From Acutalibacteraceae bacterium (GTDB lineage: Bacteria > Bacillota > Clostridia > Oscillospirales > Acutalibacteraceae): 64,000 nucleotides of DNA. The DNA is taken from the NCBI GenBank assembly GCA_045641565.1, contig JAZUHE010000067.1, forward strand, positions 1,883-65,882, read 5' to 3'. Position numbers and translations under genes: made by a program. The notes under the pieces were generated by a model. The model ran no database searches. It was not told the origin of the DNA and was given only the letters and a program-made list of their open reading frames with translations. Below, one piece after another: positions 20,461 through 28,345 of this stretch (position 1 is the first letter of the stretch; each line of letters starts with the position of its first letter).

Positions 20461-21193
20461 TATACTTACTCTTTTTCCCGAGATGTGCGATGCCGTTCTC
20501 GGCGAAAGCATAATAGGCAGAGCCAGAGAAAACGGTTTTGTTGAAATAAACAGCATAAATATCAGAGATTACACAGAGGACAAGCACAACCGTGTTGATG
20601 ACGCTCCCTACGGCGGCGGAACGGGCATGATAATGCAGACTCAGCCGATTTATGACTGCTTTAAGAGTCTCTGCGAGTCTCTGGGCAAGAGACCGAAGCT
20701 TATATATATGTCTCCTCAGGGTAAGGTGCTTGACCAACAGAAGGTTAAGGAGCTGGCGGAAGAAGAGAATATCGCTATTCTCTGCGGTCACTATGAGGGC
20801 GTTGACCAGCGGGTTATTGACGAAATAGTCGACGAGGAAATATCCATAGGCGACTATGTGCTTACAGGCGGCGAGCTGCCTGCGCTTATTCTGGCGGACA
20901 GTATTTCAAGAATGCTTCCAGGGGTTCTTGCCAATGATGACGCTTTTCAGCAGGAGAGCCATTATTCCCATCTTCTTGAATATCCTCAGTATACCCGCCC
21001 TGTGGAATGGCGCGGAAAAGAGGTTCCGCAGGTGCTTCTTTCGGGTCATCACGCCAATATAGACAAATGGCGCAGGGAGCAGTCTCTCAAGCGCACATAT
21101 GAGCGCAGGCCCGATATGCTTTCTGCGGCTGAACTCAGCAAAAACGACAAAAAGTACCTTTCATCTTTGGATAACGATGAGCAAAAATGGTAA
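20444..21193 (+). CDS. trmD: tRNA (guanine37-N1)-methyltransferase
   Basis: IDILTLFPEM, DDAPYGGGTGM and CGHYEGVDQRV motifs. It overlaps rimM by 17 nt. Confidence 0.95.
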   Translation: MKMRIDILTLFPEMCDAVLGESIIGRARENGFVEINSINIRDYTEDKHNRVDDAPYGGGTGMIMQTQPIYDCFKSLCESLGKRPKLIYMSPQGKVLDQQKVKELAEEENIAILCGHYEGVDQRVIDEIVDEEISIGDYVLTGGELPALILADSISRMLPGVLANDDAFQQESHYSHLLEYPQYTRPVEWRGKEVPQVLLSGHHANIDKWRREQSLKRTYERRPDMLSAAELSKNDKKYLSSLDNDEQKW

Positions 21194-21303
21194 ATATGCA
21201 ACAAATGGGCAATTCTTTATTGTAAAATTGCACAAACTGCAAGGTTTTTGAATTGCTACATTTGGAATTCACTACGAATATTTCAAAACAGCATTTCTTT
21301 TCG

Positions 21304-21331
21304 TTGACGTGGACAGGTTTTGTGATATAAT
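21304..21331 (+). promoter_or_regulatory. Candidate promoter for ptsH
   Basis: TTGACG, a 16-nt spacer, then TATAAT with an extended -10 (TGA TATAAT). Confidence 0.5.
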
Positions 21332-21381
21332 ATAGTAGTAGGAATTGTTAAACGAACCTTAAGCGAATGGAGACGGAAAAT

Positions 21382-21645
21382 ATGTACGTTAAAGATGTAG
21401 TTATTCAGAATCAGGTCGGACTTCATGCACGCCCGGCAACATTTTTCATTCAGAAAGCAAACGAATTCAAATCTTCTATCTGGGTTGAGAAGGAAGAGAG
21501 AAGAGTTAACGCAAAGAGCCTTCTCGGTGTTCTTTCACTCGGAATTATGGGCGGTACACAGATTCGCATAATCGCAGGCGGCGCTGATGAAGAGCAGGCT
21601 GTTGACGAGCTTGTTAAGCTTGTAAGCTCAGGCTTCGCAGAGTAA
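21382..21645 (+). CDS. ptsH: Phosphocarrier protein HPr
   Basis: The His15 region is GLHARPAT and the Ser46 region is NAKSLLGVLSLG. The ATG at 21382 is preceded by an RBS. Confidence 0.9.
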   Translation: MYVKDVVIQNQVGLHARPATFFIQKANEFKSSIWVEKEERRVNAKSLLGVLSLGIMGGTQIRIIAGGADEEQAVDELVKLVSSGFAE

Positions 21646-21776
21646 TTATTATTTTGCCGTAAGCGTATAAAATCAAAAATGTAAAGAAAAGTATGGGTTT
21701 TGAATAATCATAATGACTTAATCAGAATCCATACTATATTTTTATATAAATTAAAGCTGTTACGAAGAACAGGGAG

Positions 21777-23612
21777 GTGATTTTTCTGGAACTTAAGGAA
21801 TTGAGAAAAAAGTCAATGGCTCTGCCGAAAACCCCCGGGGTTTACTTGATGAAAGACATAAAAAACGAGATAATATATGTGGGCAAGGCAAAGGCTTTGA
21901 AAAACAGAGTCAGCTCATACTTCGGTTCACAGAATAATCATACCCCGAAGGTCAGAAAAATGGTTGAGCACGTCAATGATTTTGACTATATTCTGACAGA
22001 CAGCGAATTTGAGGCTCTTGTGCTGGAATGCAGTCTTATTAAGCAGCACAGCCCCAAATACAACATTCTTTTAAAAGACGATAAAGGCTACAGTTATATA
22101 AAAGTCACTAAAGGCAAATGGCCTAAAATTTCAGCCGTGCTTCAGAAAAGTGATGATGACGCCAGATATATCGGGCCTTATACAGGCTCATTCAGCGTTA
22201 AAAGCGCTGTTGAGGAGGCGCTGAAGACATTTATGCTGCCGTCGTGCGGCAAAAGCTTCCCTAAGGAAATCGGCAAAAGCCGCCCGTGCCTTAATTATTT
22301 TATCAAGCAGTGCATGGCGCCGTGCAGCGGCAAGGTCAGCTGTGAGGAGTATAATGAGGCGGTTAACGAAGCGCTGAGATTCCTGCAGGGAGACAGCACG
22401 GAGATTGTACGCGAACTGAAAGCTCAGATGGAGCAGGCGTCGGAAAATCTTGATTTTGAAAAAGCGGCAAAGCTGAGAGATAAAATCCGCGCCATTGAAA
22501 AAACGTCGGAGCGGCAGAAGGTTGTGGGAACGGATAACCGCCCGAAGGACTTTTTCGCCGTTTCACAGACAGAAGAAAAATCATGTCTGTGTATTTTGAG
22601 ATTTGATACGGGCAGACTCAGAGAAAGCAAATATTTTATTCTTCCCTTTTTAGAGTCTCTGCCTGCCGCGAGAGCGGAGCTGATAACCCGCTTTTATTCA
22701 GACGGCGCGCATATCCCGTCACAGGTTTTTATTGACGGAGAGATTGATGACGCGGAGCTGATTACCGAGTGGCTGAGCAGTACAGCAGGCAGAAAAGTTG
22801 AGCTGATTATTCCTCAGAAGGGCAAATCGGCCGAAACTGTAAGAATGTGTAAAAACAACGCGGCGGAAAAACTGGCGCAGAGCCTAGGCAGAACAGGCGG
22901 AGTTACCGCGGCGCTGGACGAGCTGTCAAAGCTGCTCGGACTTGAAAAACCGCCGGTGTTTATAGAGTCATACGATATTTCACACACCATGGGCAGCGAT
23001 AATGTCGCCGGTATGGTTGTGTTTAAAAACGGTCAGCCGTATAAGAAATCATACCGCAGATTCAGTATAAAAGGATTCTCGGGTCAGGACGATTACGGCT
23101 CAATGGCAGAGGTTATTTCAAGGCGGCTTAATGAGTATCAGATTCACGAGGGTACAGACAACGGATTCGGGACTCTGCCCGACCTGATTCTGCTTGACGG
23201 CGGCATAGGCCAGGTCAACGCAGTTAAGCCGATAGTAGAAGCCTTCGGTTATAATATCCCTGTTTTCGGTATGGTTAAGGATTCATCACACCGCACGAGA
23301 GCCATTGCCTCAAACGGAGGAGAAATCGCAATCAACTCAAAGCGTCAGGCGTTCACTCTTGTTTCCACAATTCAGGAGGAGGTACACCGCTACTCGGTAG
23401 CGTATCACAGAACAAAGCATAAAAAAACCTCTTTGGCTGCTTCACTCACTGAGATTGACGGCGTAGGAGAGAAAAAAGCCAAAGCCCTTCTTAAAGAATT
23501 CAGAACAATCACGGCTGTAAAGAATGCATCTGTTGAGGAACTTTGCCGCGCAGAGGGCATAAATACGGTGATTGCGGATAAAATTTACGGTCATTTTCAT
23601 AAAACTGATTGA
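21777..23612 (+). CDS. uvrC: Excinuclease ABC subunit C
   Basis: GIY-YIG motif (PGVYLMKD...IIYVGKAK...RV.SYF), a UVR domain, and a C-terminal (HhH)2. The exact start is uncertain because the GTG at 21777 lies only 1 nt after GGAGG. Confidence 0.94.
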   Translation: MIFLELKELRKKSMALPKTPGVYLMKDIKNEIIYVGKAKALKNRVSSYFGSQNNHTPKVRKMVEHVNDFDYILTDSEFEALVLECSLIKQHSPKYNILLKDDKGYSYIKVTKGKWPKISAVLQKSDDDARYIGPYTGSFSVKSAVEEALKTFMLPSCGKSFPKEIGKSRPCLNYFIKQCMAPCSGKVSCEEYNEAVNEALRFLQGDSTEIVRELKAQMEQASENLDFEKAAKLRDKIRAIEKTSERQKVVGTDNRPKDFFAVSQTEEKSCLCILRFDTGRLRESKYFILPFLESLPAARAELITRFYSDGAHIPSQVFIDGEIDDAELITEWLSSTAGRKVELIIPQKGKSAETVRMCKNNAAEKLAQSLGRTGGVTAALDELSKLLGLEKPPVFIESYDISHTMGSDNVAGMVVFKNGQPYKKSYRRFSIKGFSGQDDYGSMAEVISRRLNEYQIHEGTDNGFGTLPDLILLDGGIGQVNAVKPIVEAFGYNIPVFGMVKDSSHRTRAIASNGGEIAINSKRQAFTLVSTIQEEVHRYSVAYHRTKHKKTSLAASLTEIDGVGEKKAKALLKEFRTITAVKNASVEELCRAEGINTVIADKIYGHFHKTD

Positions 23613-23667
23613 CAACAGGGCTTATTTTATGCGATAATACACTGAGTAAAATTTATCGGAGGAAAGT

Positions 23668-24216
23668 ATGAGAGTTATTACGGGAACAGCACGAGGCAGA
23701 GTTCTTGAAACACTGCCGGGAGAAGATGTGCGACCCACAACCGATAGAGTTAAAGAAGCCATGTTCAGCATTGTTCAGTTTGAGCTTGAAGGCAGAAAGG
23801 TGCTTGACCTTTTTGCGGGCTCGGGTCAGCTGGGTATAGAGGCTCTCAGCAGAGGCGCCGCGTATGCCACTTTTGTTGACAGCAGCAGAGATTCAATCAA
23901 CTGCGTTAAGAATAATCTGAACAGGACAGGACTTAAAACAAATACAAGCGTTGTTCAGTCAGATTCACTGACATTTGTCAGAACAACAAAAGAAACTTTT
24001 GATATAGCTTTTCTTGACCCGCCTTATTCAAGGGGGCTGCTTCAGGCGGCGCTTCCTGTAGTTGCTCAGAGAATGAGCAGCGGAGGCGTTATAATCTGTG
24101 AGCATCCCAAGGGTGAGGAAATGCCTGCTGAAGCAGGAGAATTTACGCTTTACAGAGAATATAAATACGGCAAAACAGCACTTACGGTTTACCGCAAAAA
24201 GGAAGATGACGAATGA
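23668..24216 (+). CDS. rsmD: 16S rRNA (guanine966-N2)-methyltransferase
   Basis: MRVITG.ARG, DLFAGSGQLGIEALSRGA and FLDPPY motifs. Confidence 0.9.
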   Translation: MRVITGTARGRVLETLPGEDVRPTTDRVKEAMFSIVQFELEGRKVLDLFAGSGQLGIEALSRGAAYATFVDSSRDSINCVKNNLNRTGLKTNTSVVQSDSLTFVRTTKETFDIAFLDPPYSRGLLQAALPVVAQRMSSGGVIICEHPKGEEMPAEAGEFTLYREYKYGKTALTVYRKKEDDE

Positions 24217-24710
24217 GAATTGCAATATGTCCGGGCAGCTTTGACCCGATTACCAACGGTCATCTTGCCGTTATCCGCCGCGCGGCGAAGCTTTTTGACA
24301 AGGTTATTGTTGTGGTTATGGTTAATTTCCGCAAGCCTGTCGGTCTCTTTAATGCCGAAGAGAGAGTGGAGCTTATAAAACGCTGCACTAAAGATATAGA
24401 AAATGTTGAGGTCGATTATTCGGGCGGTCTGCTTGCAGACTACGCCGCCGAAAAAAAGGCTGTAGCCATTGTAAAGGGCTTAAGAGCCGTGTCTGATTTT
24501 GAGGATGAATTTCAGCAGGCGCTTACAAACAAGCAGCTTAATCCCGATGTGGAGACAGTGTTTATCACCGCAGAGGCTGAGCATATGTATCTTTCGTCAA
24601 GCCTTGTTAAGCAGATATGCGAGCTGGGAGCAAATATTGATATGACCAGATTTGTCCCGGAAGAGATCGCTGATGATATTGTGAAAAGAATAAAGGGAAA
24701 GGAAGAATAA
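24213..24710 (+). CDS. coaD: Phosphopantetheine adenylyltransferase
   Basis: PGSFDPITNGHL motif. It overlaps rsmD by 4 nt. Confidence 0.95.
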   Translation: MRIAICPGSFDPITNGHLAVIRRAAKLFDKVIVVVMVNFRKPVGLFNAEERVELIKRCTKDIENVEVDYSGGLLADYAAEKKAVAIVKGLRAVSDFEDEFQQALTNKQLNPDVETVFITAEAEHMYLSSSLVKQICELGANIDMTRFVPEEIADDIVKRIKGKEE

Positions 24711-24712
24711 AA

Positions 24713-25366
24713 ATGAACGTACAGGGGATTCTTGATTCTATTGAGGAAGTGCTTGATAACGGTTCGAGCTTTCCGTTCTCATCAAAAATTGCGGTTGATG
24801 TTGATGCAATACGTACTTATGTAAATGACATCAGACTTGAGCTTCCTGTAGAAATCGAGAAAGCGCAGGAGATTGTTGAGCACTATAACAGCATAATCAA
24901 AAAGGCTTCAACAGAGGCTTCTGTTACTACGTCCACAGCTCAAAAGCAGGCTGAGGAGATTATCGGCGCCGCAAAAGAAAAGGCAAAGGGAATTATCGAA
25001 AACGCAGAGGCAAACTCAAAAGCCACCCTTGCCGCAGCTAATGAGCAGGCGCGCAAAATGGTTGAATCCACAGAAATCGCCCATCAGGCACAGGAGTATT
25101 CCGATATGGTTCGCTCAAGAGCAACAGAAGAGTCTCAGGCAATTATCAAGAATGCCGAGGGTGAGGCTTCCGCTATTGTTCAGGACGCAACAAATAAATC
25201 CGAATCAATTAAAAAGAGCACCAGTGAGTGGGCTGCAGGCATCCGCCAGGCAACCACAAACTACGTCAATGACATTATGAAAAACAGCGACGACGTTCTT
25301 TCCGCAAATATCGCAGAGATCCGCAAGGCACGCCAGAGTCTTCAGGCTGCAGCCGAGAGGGATTAA
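24713..25366 (+). CDS. Hypothetical coiled-coil protein (ATP-synthase b / V-ATPase G-like repeats)
   Basis: 217 aa, Ala/Glu/Lys-rich heptad-like sequence, starting 2 nt after coaD. Confidence 0.6.
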   Translation: MNVQGILDSIEEVLDNGSSFPFSSKIAVDVDAIRTYVNDIRLELPVEIEKAQEIVEHYNSIIKKASTEASVTTSTAQKQAEEIIGAAKEKAKGIIENAEANSKATLAAANEQARKMVESTEIAHQAQEYSDMVRSRATEESQAIIKNAEGEASAIVQDATNKSESIKKSTSEWAAGIRQATTNYVNDIMKNSDDVLSANIAEIRKARQSLQAAAERD

Positions 25367-25387
25367 GTTACATATCATAAATAATAA

Positions 25388-25416
25388 CAGGGTTGCTGTG
25401 TAATGCGGCAGCCCTG
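25388..25416 (+). terminator. Hairpin between the coiled-coil gene and the tRNA (weak terminator or processing signal)
   Basis: An 11-bp stem CAGGGTTGCTG / CGGCAGCCCTG with two G-U pairs. No T tract follows. Confidence 0.35.
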
Positions 25417-25422
25417 AATTGT

Positions 25423-25496
25423 GCAGGGTTAGTACATCGGTAGTACAGGCGCTTCCCAAGCCTCAGAGGCGGGTTCGACTCCCGTACCCTGCTCCA
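25423..25496 (+). tRNA. tRNA-Gly (anticodon CCC), CCA encoded
   Basis: Manual cloverleaf. Acceptor GCAGGGT/ACCCTGC; D arm GTAC-ATCGGTA-GTAC; anticodon arm GGCGC-TTCCCAA-GCCTC; variable AGAG; T arm GCGGG-TTCGACT-CCCGT; discriminator T plus CCA. The anticodon stem has one C-C mismatch (29:41) and one G-U pair. Confidence 0.85.
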
Positions 25497-25506
25497 TAAA
25501 AGAAAC

Positions 25507-25541
25507 GTCTTTTGTCTACCAAGGCAAAAGGCTTTTCTTTT
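25507..25541 (+). terminator. Rho-independent terminator of the tRNA-Gly transcript
   Basis: A 10-bp stem GTCTTTTGTC / GGCAAAAGGC (two G-U pairs) followed by TTTTCTTTT. Confidence 0.7.
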
Positions 25542-25801
25542 CGCATTTTAGGGCAAAATACAGGCAAAATCGCATAAAATGAGGTAAAACGGGCTTTGAG
25601 ATGGCCATCATGGCTGTCCAGGAGCCCATTTTTTCGTTTCCGGCACCGAAAACAGCCCGAAAATGCTGGTGTACTTTTTACGTTTCTTTGCTCTGCAAAG
25701 AAGTCGGCAACCGACTCTGCGAAGGGATTTGAACCTTGTCGAAAATCCAATGCGAATAAGTGATTGTAATCTGTAGAAAGTTTGAAATTTTTATTATAAT
25801 A

Positions 25802-25830
25802 TTGATTTTTCGGTCGAAAAATGCTATACT
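25802..25830 (+). promoter_or_regulatory. Candidate promoter with an embedded palindromic operator, upstream of the XRE gene
   Basis: TTGATT, a 17-nt spacer, then TATACT. The spacer contains the palindrome ATTTTTCG-GT-CGAAAAAT (25805-25822). Confidence 0.5.
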
Positions 25831-25885
25831 AAACAAAAGATGGTAGTTGTATCAAACTCCAAACTGCTTGTAAAGGAGATTTAAA

Positions 25886-26095
25886 ATGGCTGTTAGTTAT
25901 AAGAAATTGTGGCACATTCTTGTGGACAAAAACATGAAGAAAAAGGATCTGGAAGAAGCAGCCGGTATCACCCACTATCAAATGTACAAGCTCGCGAATG
26001 ATAAAGATATCACTACTGATGTGATTGGTGCCATTTGTGCTGCACTCGGGGTTGAGCCAAACGATATCATGGATTTTATTCCGGATAAAAAGTAA
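25886..26095 (+). CDS. XRE-family helix-turn-helix transcriptional regulator
   Basis: 69 aa with a Cro/C1-type HTH pattern (KKKDLEEAAGITHYQMYKLAND...). GGAG RBS. Confidence 0.85.
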   Translation: MAVSYKKLWHILVDKNMKKKDLEEAAGITHYQMYKLANDKDITTDVIGAICAALGVEPNDIMDFIPDKK

Positions 26096-26127
26096 GTAGT
26101 ACAAAATGATCTATTACGGAGGTTTTC

Positions 26128-28179
26128 ATGAGCTACTTAGAATTAGATATTAAACGAAGCTATGTCAGTTATGGTGATCATAATATTGCCAATTCATTTT
26201 TGGTACCTGCACTTAGGCATACGAGAATATATAAACGTAGTGTTGGCTTTTTTTCTTCCGGCGTATTTTCTCCAATTATTGACGGTATTGTTGCTCTATC
26301 GAGAAACAACGGCTATATCCAATTGATAGCGAGTCCTAACCTAAACGAGGAAGACATAAGGGCGATAGACCTTGGATATCAGAAAAGAGAAGATATTATA
26401 TCAGGTGCGGTTGAACGTGATTTTGAAAATGCTCTTGAAGAATTAGATGATGCAAGGTTACAGTTATTGGCATCATTGATAGCAAATGGTACAATGGATA
26501 TAAAAATCGCTGTAACAAATGGAACTGGCATATATCATGACAAGTTGGGGATCATAGAGGATTTTGACGGAAATGTACTTGTGTTTTATGGGTCTCCAAA
26601 TGCCAGCTTAAGCGGGTATCAAAACAATTATGAGAAAATCCGTGTGGTGAAAAGTTGGGTTATCTCGGATAAAGAAAGCATTGAAGATGAAGAGAATGAA
26701 TTTGATGCATTGTGGAATGATACCAATCCCCATGTAAAAGTTTACGATTATTCGATATCAGCGAAATTGAAAATTCTGTCTGTGTTGGAGAATCGGAAAA
26801 GTGCTGCTGATAGAGATGAAAAGAAAGCACCAATTGTCTTAAGGGACTATCAAAATGCTGCGATTAATGCGTGGGTTAAAAATGATTTTCACGGTTTTTA
26901 TGTTATGGCAACTGGTACCGGAAAAACATGGACAGCTATTTTCTCAGCCATTAAACTTATGGATACAATACCGGTGATGACTGTAATCTGCGCACCGTAT
27001 AAGCATCTGGTTAGACAGTGGGCTGAGGATGTGGAAAAGGCTGTTCCGGGCGCAATATTAATTTTGGTATCTTCTGAAAATCAAGGATGGGAACAACAGT
27101 TATCACAAGCAATTGTGCGACAGCGTTTACATAAGGAAACAAAAATTATTGTCATTTCTACGATTAAATCATTTTATCTTGAACGGTTTCAAAATACAAT
27201 CAAAAAATCAAAACAGGAAAAACTATTAATTGTTGATGAAGCTCATCGATTTACAAAACGACCAGAAGCCTTAAGTCAACAATTTCAGTATATGCTCGGA
27301 TTAAGTGCTACCCCTTTTAGTGGCAAAGACACTGCTAAAGGAAATGAGCTTATGGCGTTTTTTGGCGGGCAAGTTTTCAGCCTTCCTATTGAAGAAGCAT
27401 TGAAACGGGGTTTTTTGGTAAAATACAATTACTACCCTATTTTTGTAAATGCAACTGTAGATGAGGAAGAGCGTTTTAGAAAGAAAAGTGCGCAGATTGC
27501 TGGTTGCTTTAGGAATAACGTATGTATTGATCCTGAAAATCTGGCTTTGTACCTACGCGCCCGTCTACGAATCATTTCCATGGCACAGGAAAAACTTGAC
27601 CGCATTGAAGAAATTTTTGCGTATATAAAAGAGAAGGATCACTTTATTGTATACTGCGGAGATGGCAGACTTTATGATGATAATAATGAGGAAATCCGGC
27701 ACATTCAATTTGTAAAACGCAAGTTATCTGGTCTTGGATTTAAAACGAGCCAGTTTACAGCATCAGAGGATATGGCAGAACGTATGGATCTGGTAGATGC
27801 ATTTAACGAAGGCGCAATCGATGCGCTTGCTGCAATAAGGTGCTTGGATGAAGGAATCAACATTCCTTCTATAAATGGAGCCCTGATCCTATCAAGCAAC
27901 GATGATTATAGGGAATTCGTACAACGCAGAGGACGTATTCTGAGAACTTACAAAAATAAAGAATATGCGAATATCTACGATGTAATTGTTTTGCCGTCGT
28001 ATGATACTACAAAAATGGCAGAAATAGAACTTAGGCGATATTACGAATATGCAAGATTGGCATACAATTCTGAGGAACTGCTGACAAAACTTGAAAATAT
28101 TGCTGCGGATTATGGACTGGAGCTTGACGACTTTATTGCCACATTTGATGAAGGTAAGGAGGTAGACCTCGATGACTAA
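26128..28179 (+). CDS. PLD-family nuclease fused to an SF2 (ResIII/DEAH) helicase
   Basis: N-terminal HKD motif YHDKLGIIED...GSPNAS. Helicase motif I is ATGTGKTW, II is VDEAH, III is LSATP and VI is QRRGRILR. 683 aa with no extra C-terminal recognition domain. Confidence 0.85.
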   Translation: MSYLELDIKRSYVSYGDHNIANSFLVPALRHTRIYKRSVGFFSSGVFSPIIDGIVALSRNNGYIQLIASPNLNEEDIRAIDLGYQKREDIISGAVERDFENALEELDDARLQLLASLIANGTMDIKIAVTNGTGIYHDKLGIIEDFDGNVLVFYGSPNASLSGYQNNYEKIRVVKSWVISDKESIEDEENEFDALWNDTNPHVKVYDYSISAKLKILSVLENRKSAADRDEKKAPIVLRDYQNAAINAWVKNDFHGFYVMATGTGKTWTAIFSAIKLMDTIPVMTVICAPYKHLVRQWAEDVEKAVPGAILILVSSENQGWEQQLSQAIVRQRLHKETKIIVISTIKSFYLERFQNTIKKSKQEKLLIVDEAHRFTKRPEALSQQFQYMLGLSATPFSGKDTAKGNELMAFFGGQVFSLPIEEALKRGFLVKYNYYPIFVNATVDEEERFRKKSAQIAGCFRNNVCIDPENLALYLRARLRIISMAQEKLDRIEEIFAYIKEKDHFIVYCGDGRLYDDNNEEIRHIQFVKRKLSGLGFKTSQFTASEDMAERMDLVDAFNEGAIDALAAIRCLDEGINIPSINGALILSSNDDYREFVQRRGRILRTYKNKEYANIYDVIVLPSYDTTKMAEIELRRYYEYARLAYNSEELLTKLENIAADYGLELDDFIATFDEGKEVDLDD

Positions 28180-28345
28180 AGAAGAAGCAGTAATATACAT
28201 GATTTCGAAGGTGGAAGAGGTTGAGCGTGAACGATTGGCGTCACATTTTTCCATTGATGCTACAAAGCAAAAAAAAGAAGCTGTAGATGGAATTCTTAAA
28301 GCATTAAAGGAGGTTCAGCTCGATAATGAAGATCAGCAGGATTGA
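28172..28345 (+). CDS. Small 57-aa ORF (not in the supplied track), function unknown
   Basis: The ATG at 28172 overlaps the helicase stop (GATGACTAA) and is preceded by AAGGAGG 9 nt upstream. The ORF ends at the TGA at 28343-28345, 20 nt inside the next gene. Translation: MTKEEAVIYMISKVEEVERERLASHFSIDATKQKKEAVDGILKALKEVQLDNEDQQD. Confidence 0.5.
   Translation: MTKEEAVIYMISKVEEVERERLASHFSIDATKQKKEAVDGILKALKEVQLDNEDQQD

Noticed and set aside
25423-25496. Idea that the island integrated into the tRNA-Gly 3' end, with a hybrid tRNA explaining the stem mismatch
   Set aside because: The tRNA is followed by its own terminator and about 270 nt of host-like sequence. No copy of the tRNA 3' end was found by eye near 41.8, 43.1 or 49.1-49.5 kb. 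The compositional break is at about 25775, not at the tRNA.
25700-25745. T-arm-like sequence GGTTCAAATCCC on the - strand, considered as a possible tRNA fragment or att remnant
   Set aside because: The flanking bases do not form a 5-bp T stem or an acceptor stem, and no cloverleaf can be drawn.
25463-25750. 95-aa ORF on the - strand overlapping the tRNA-Gly 3' end
   Set aside because: It overlaps a tRNA and its terminator, has no RBS, and has an implausible composition.
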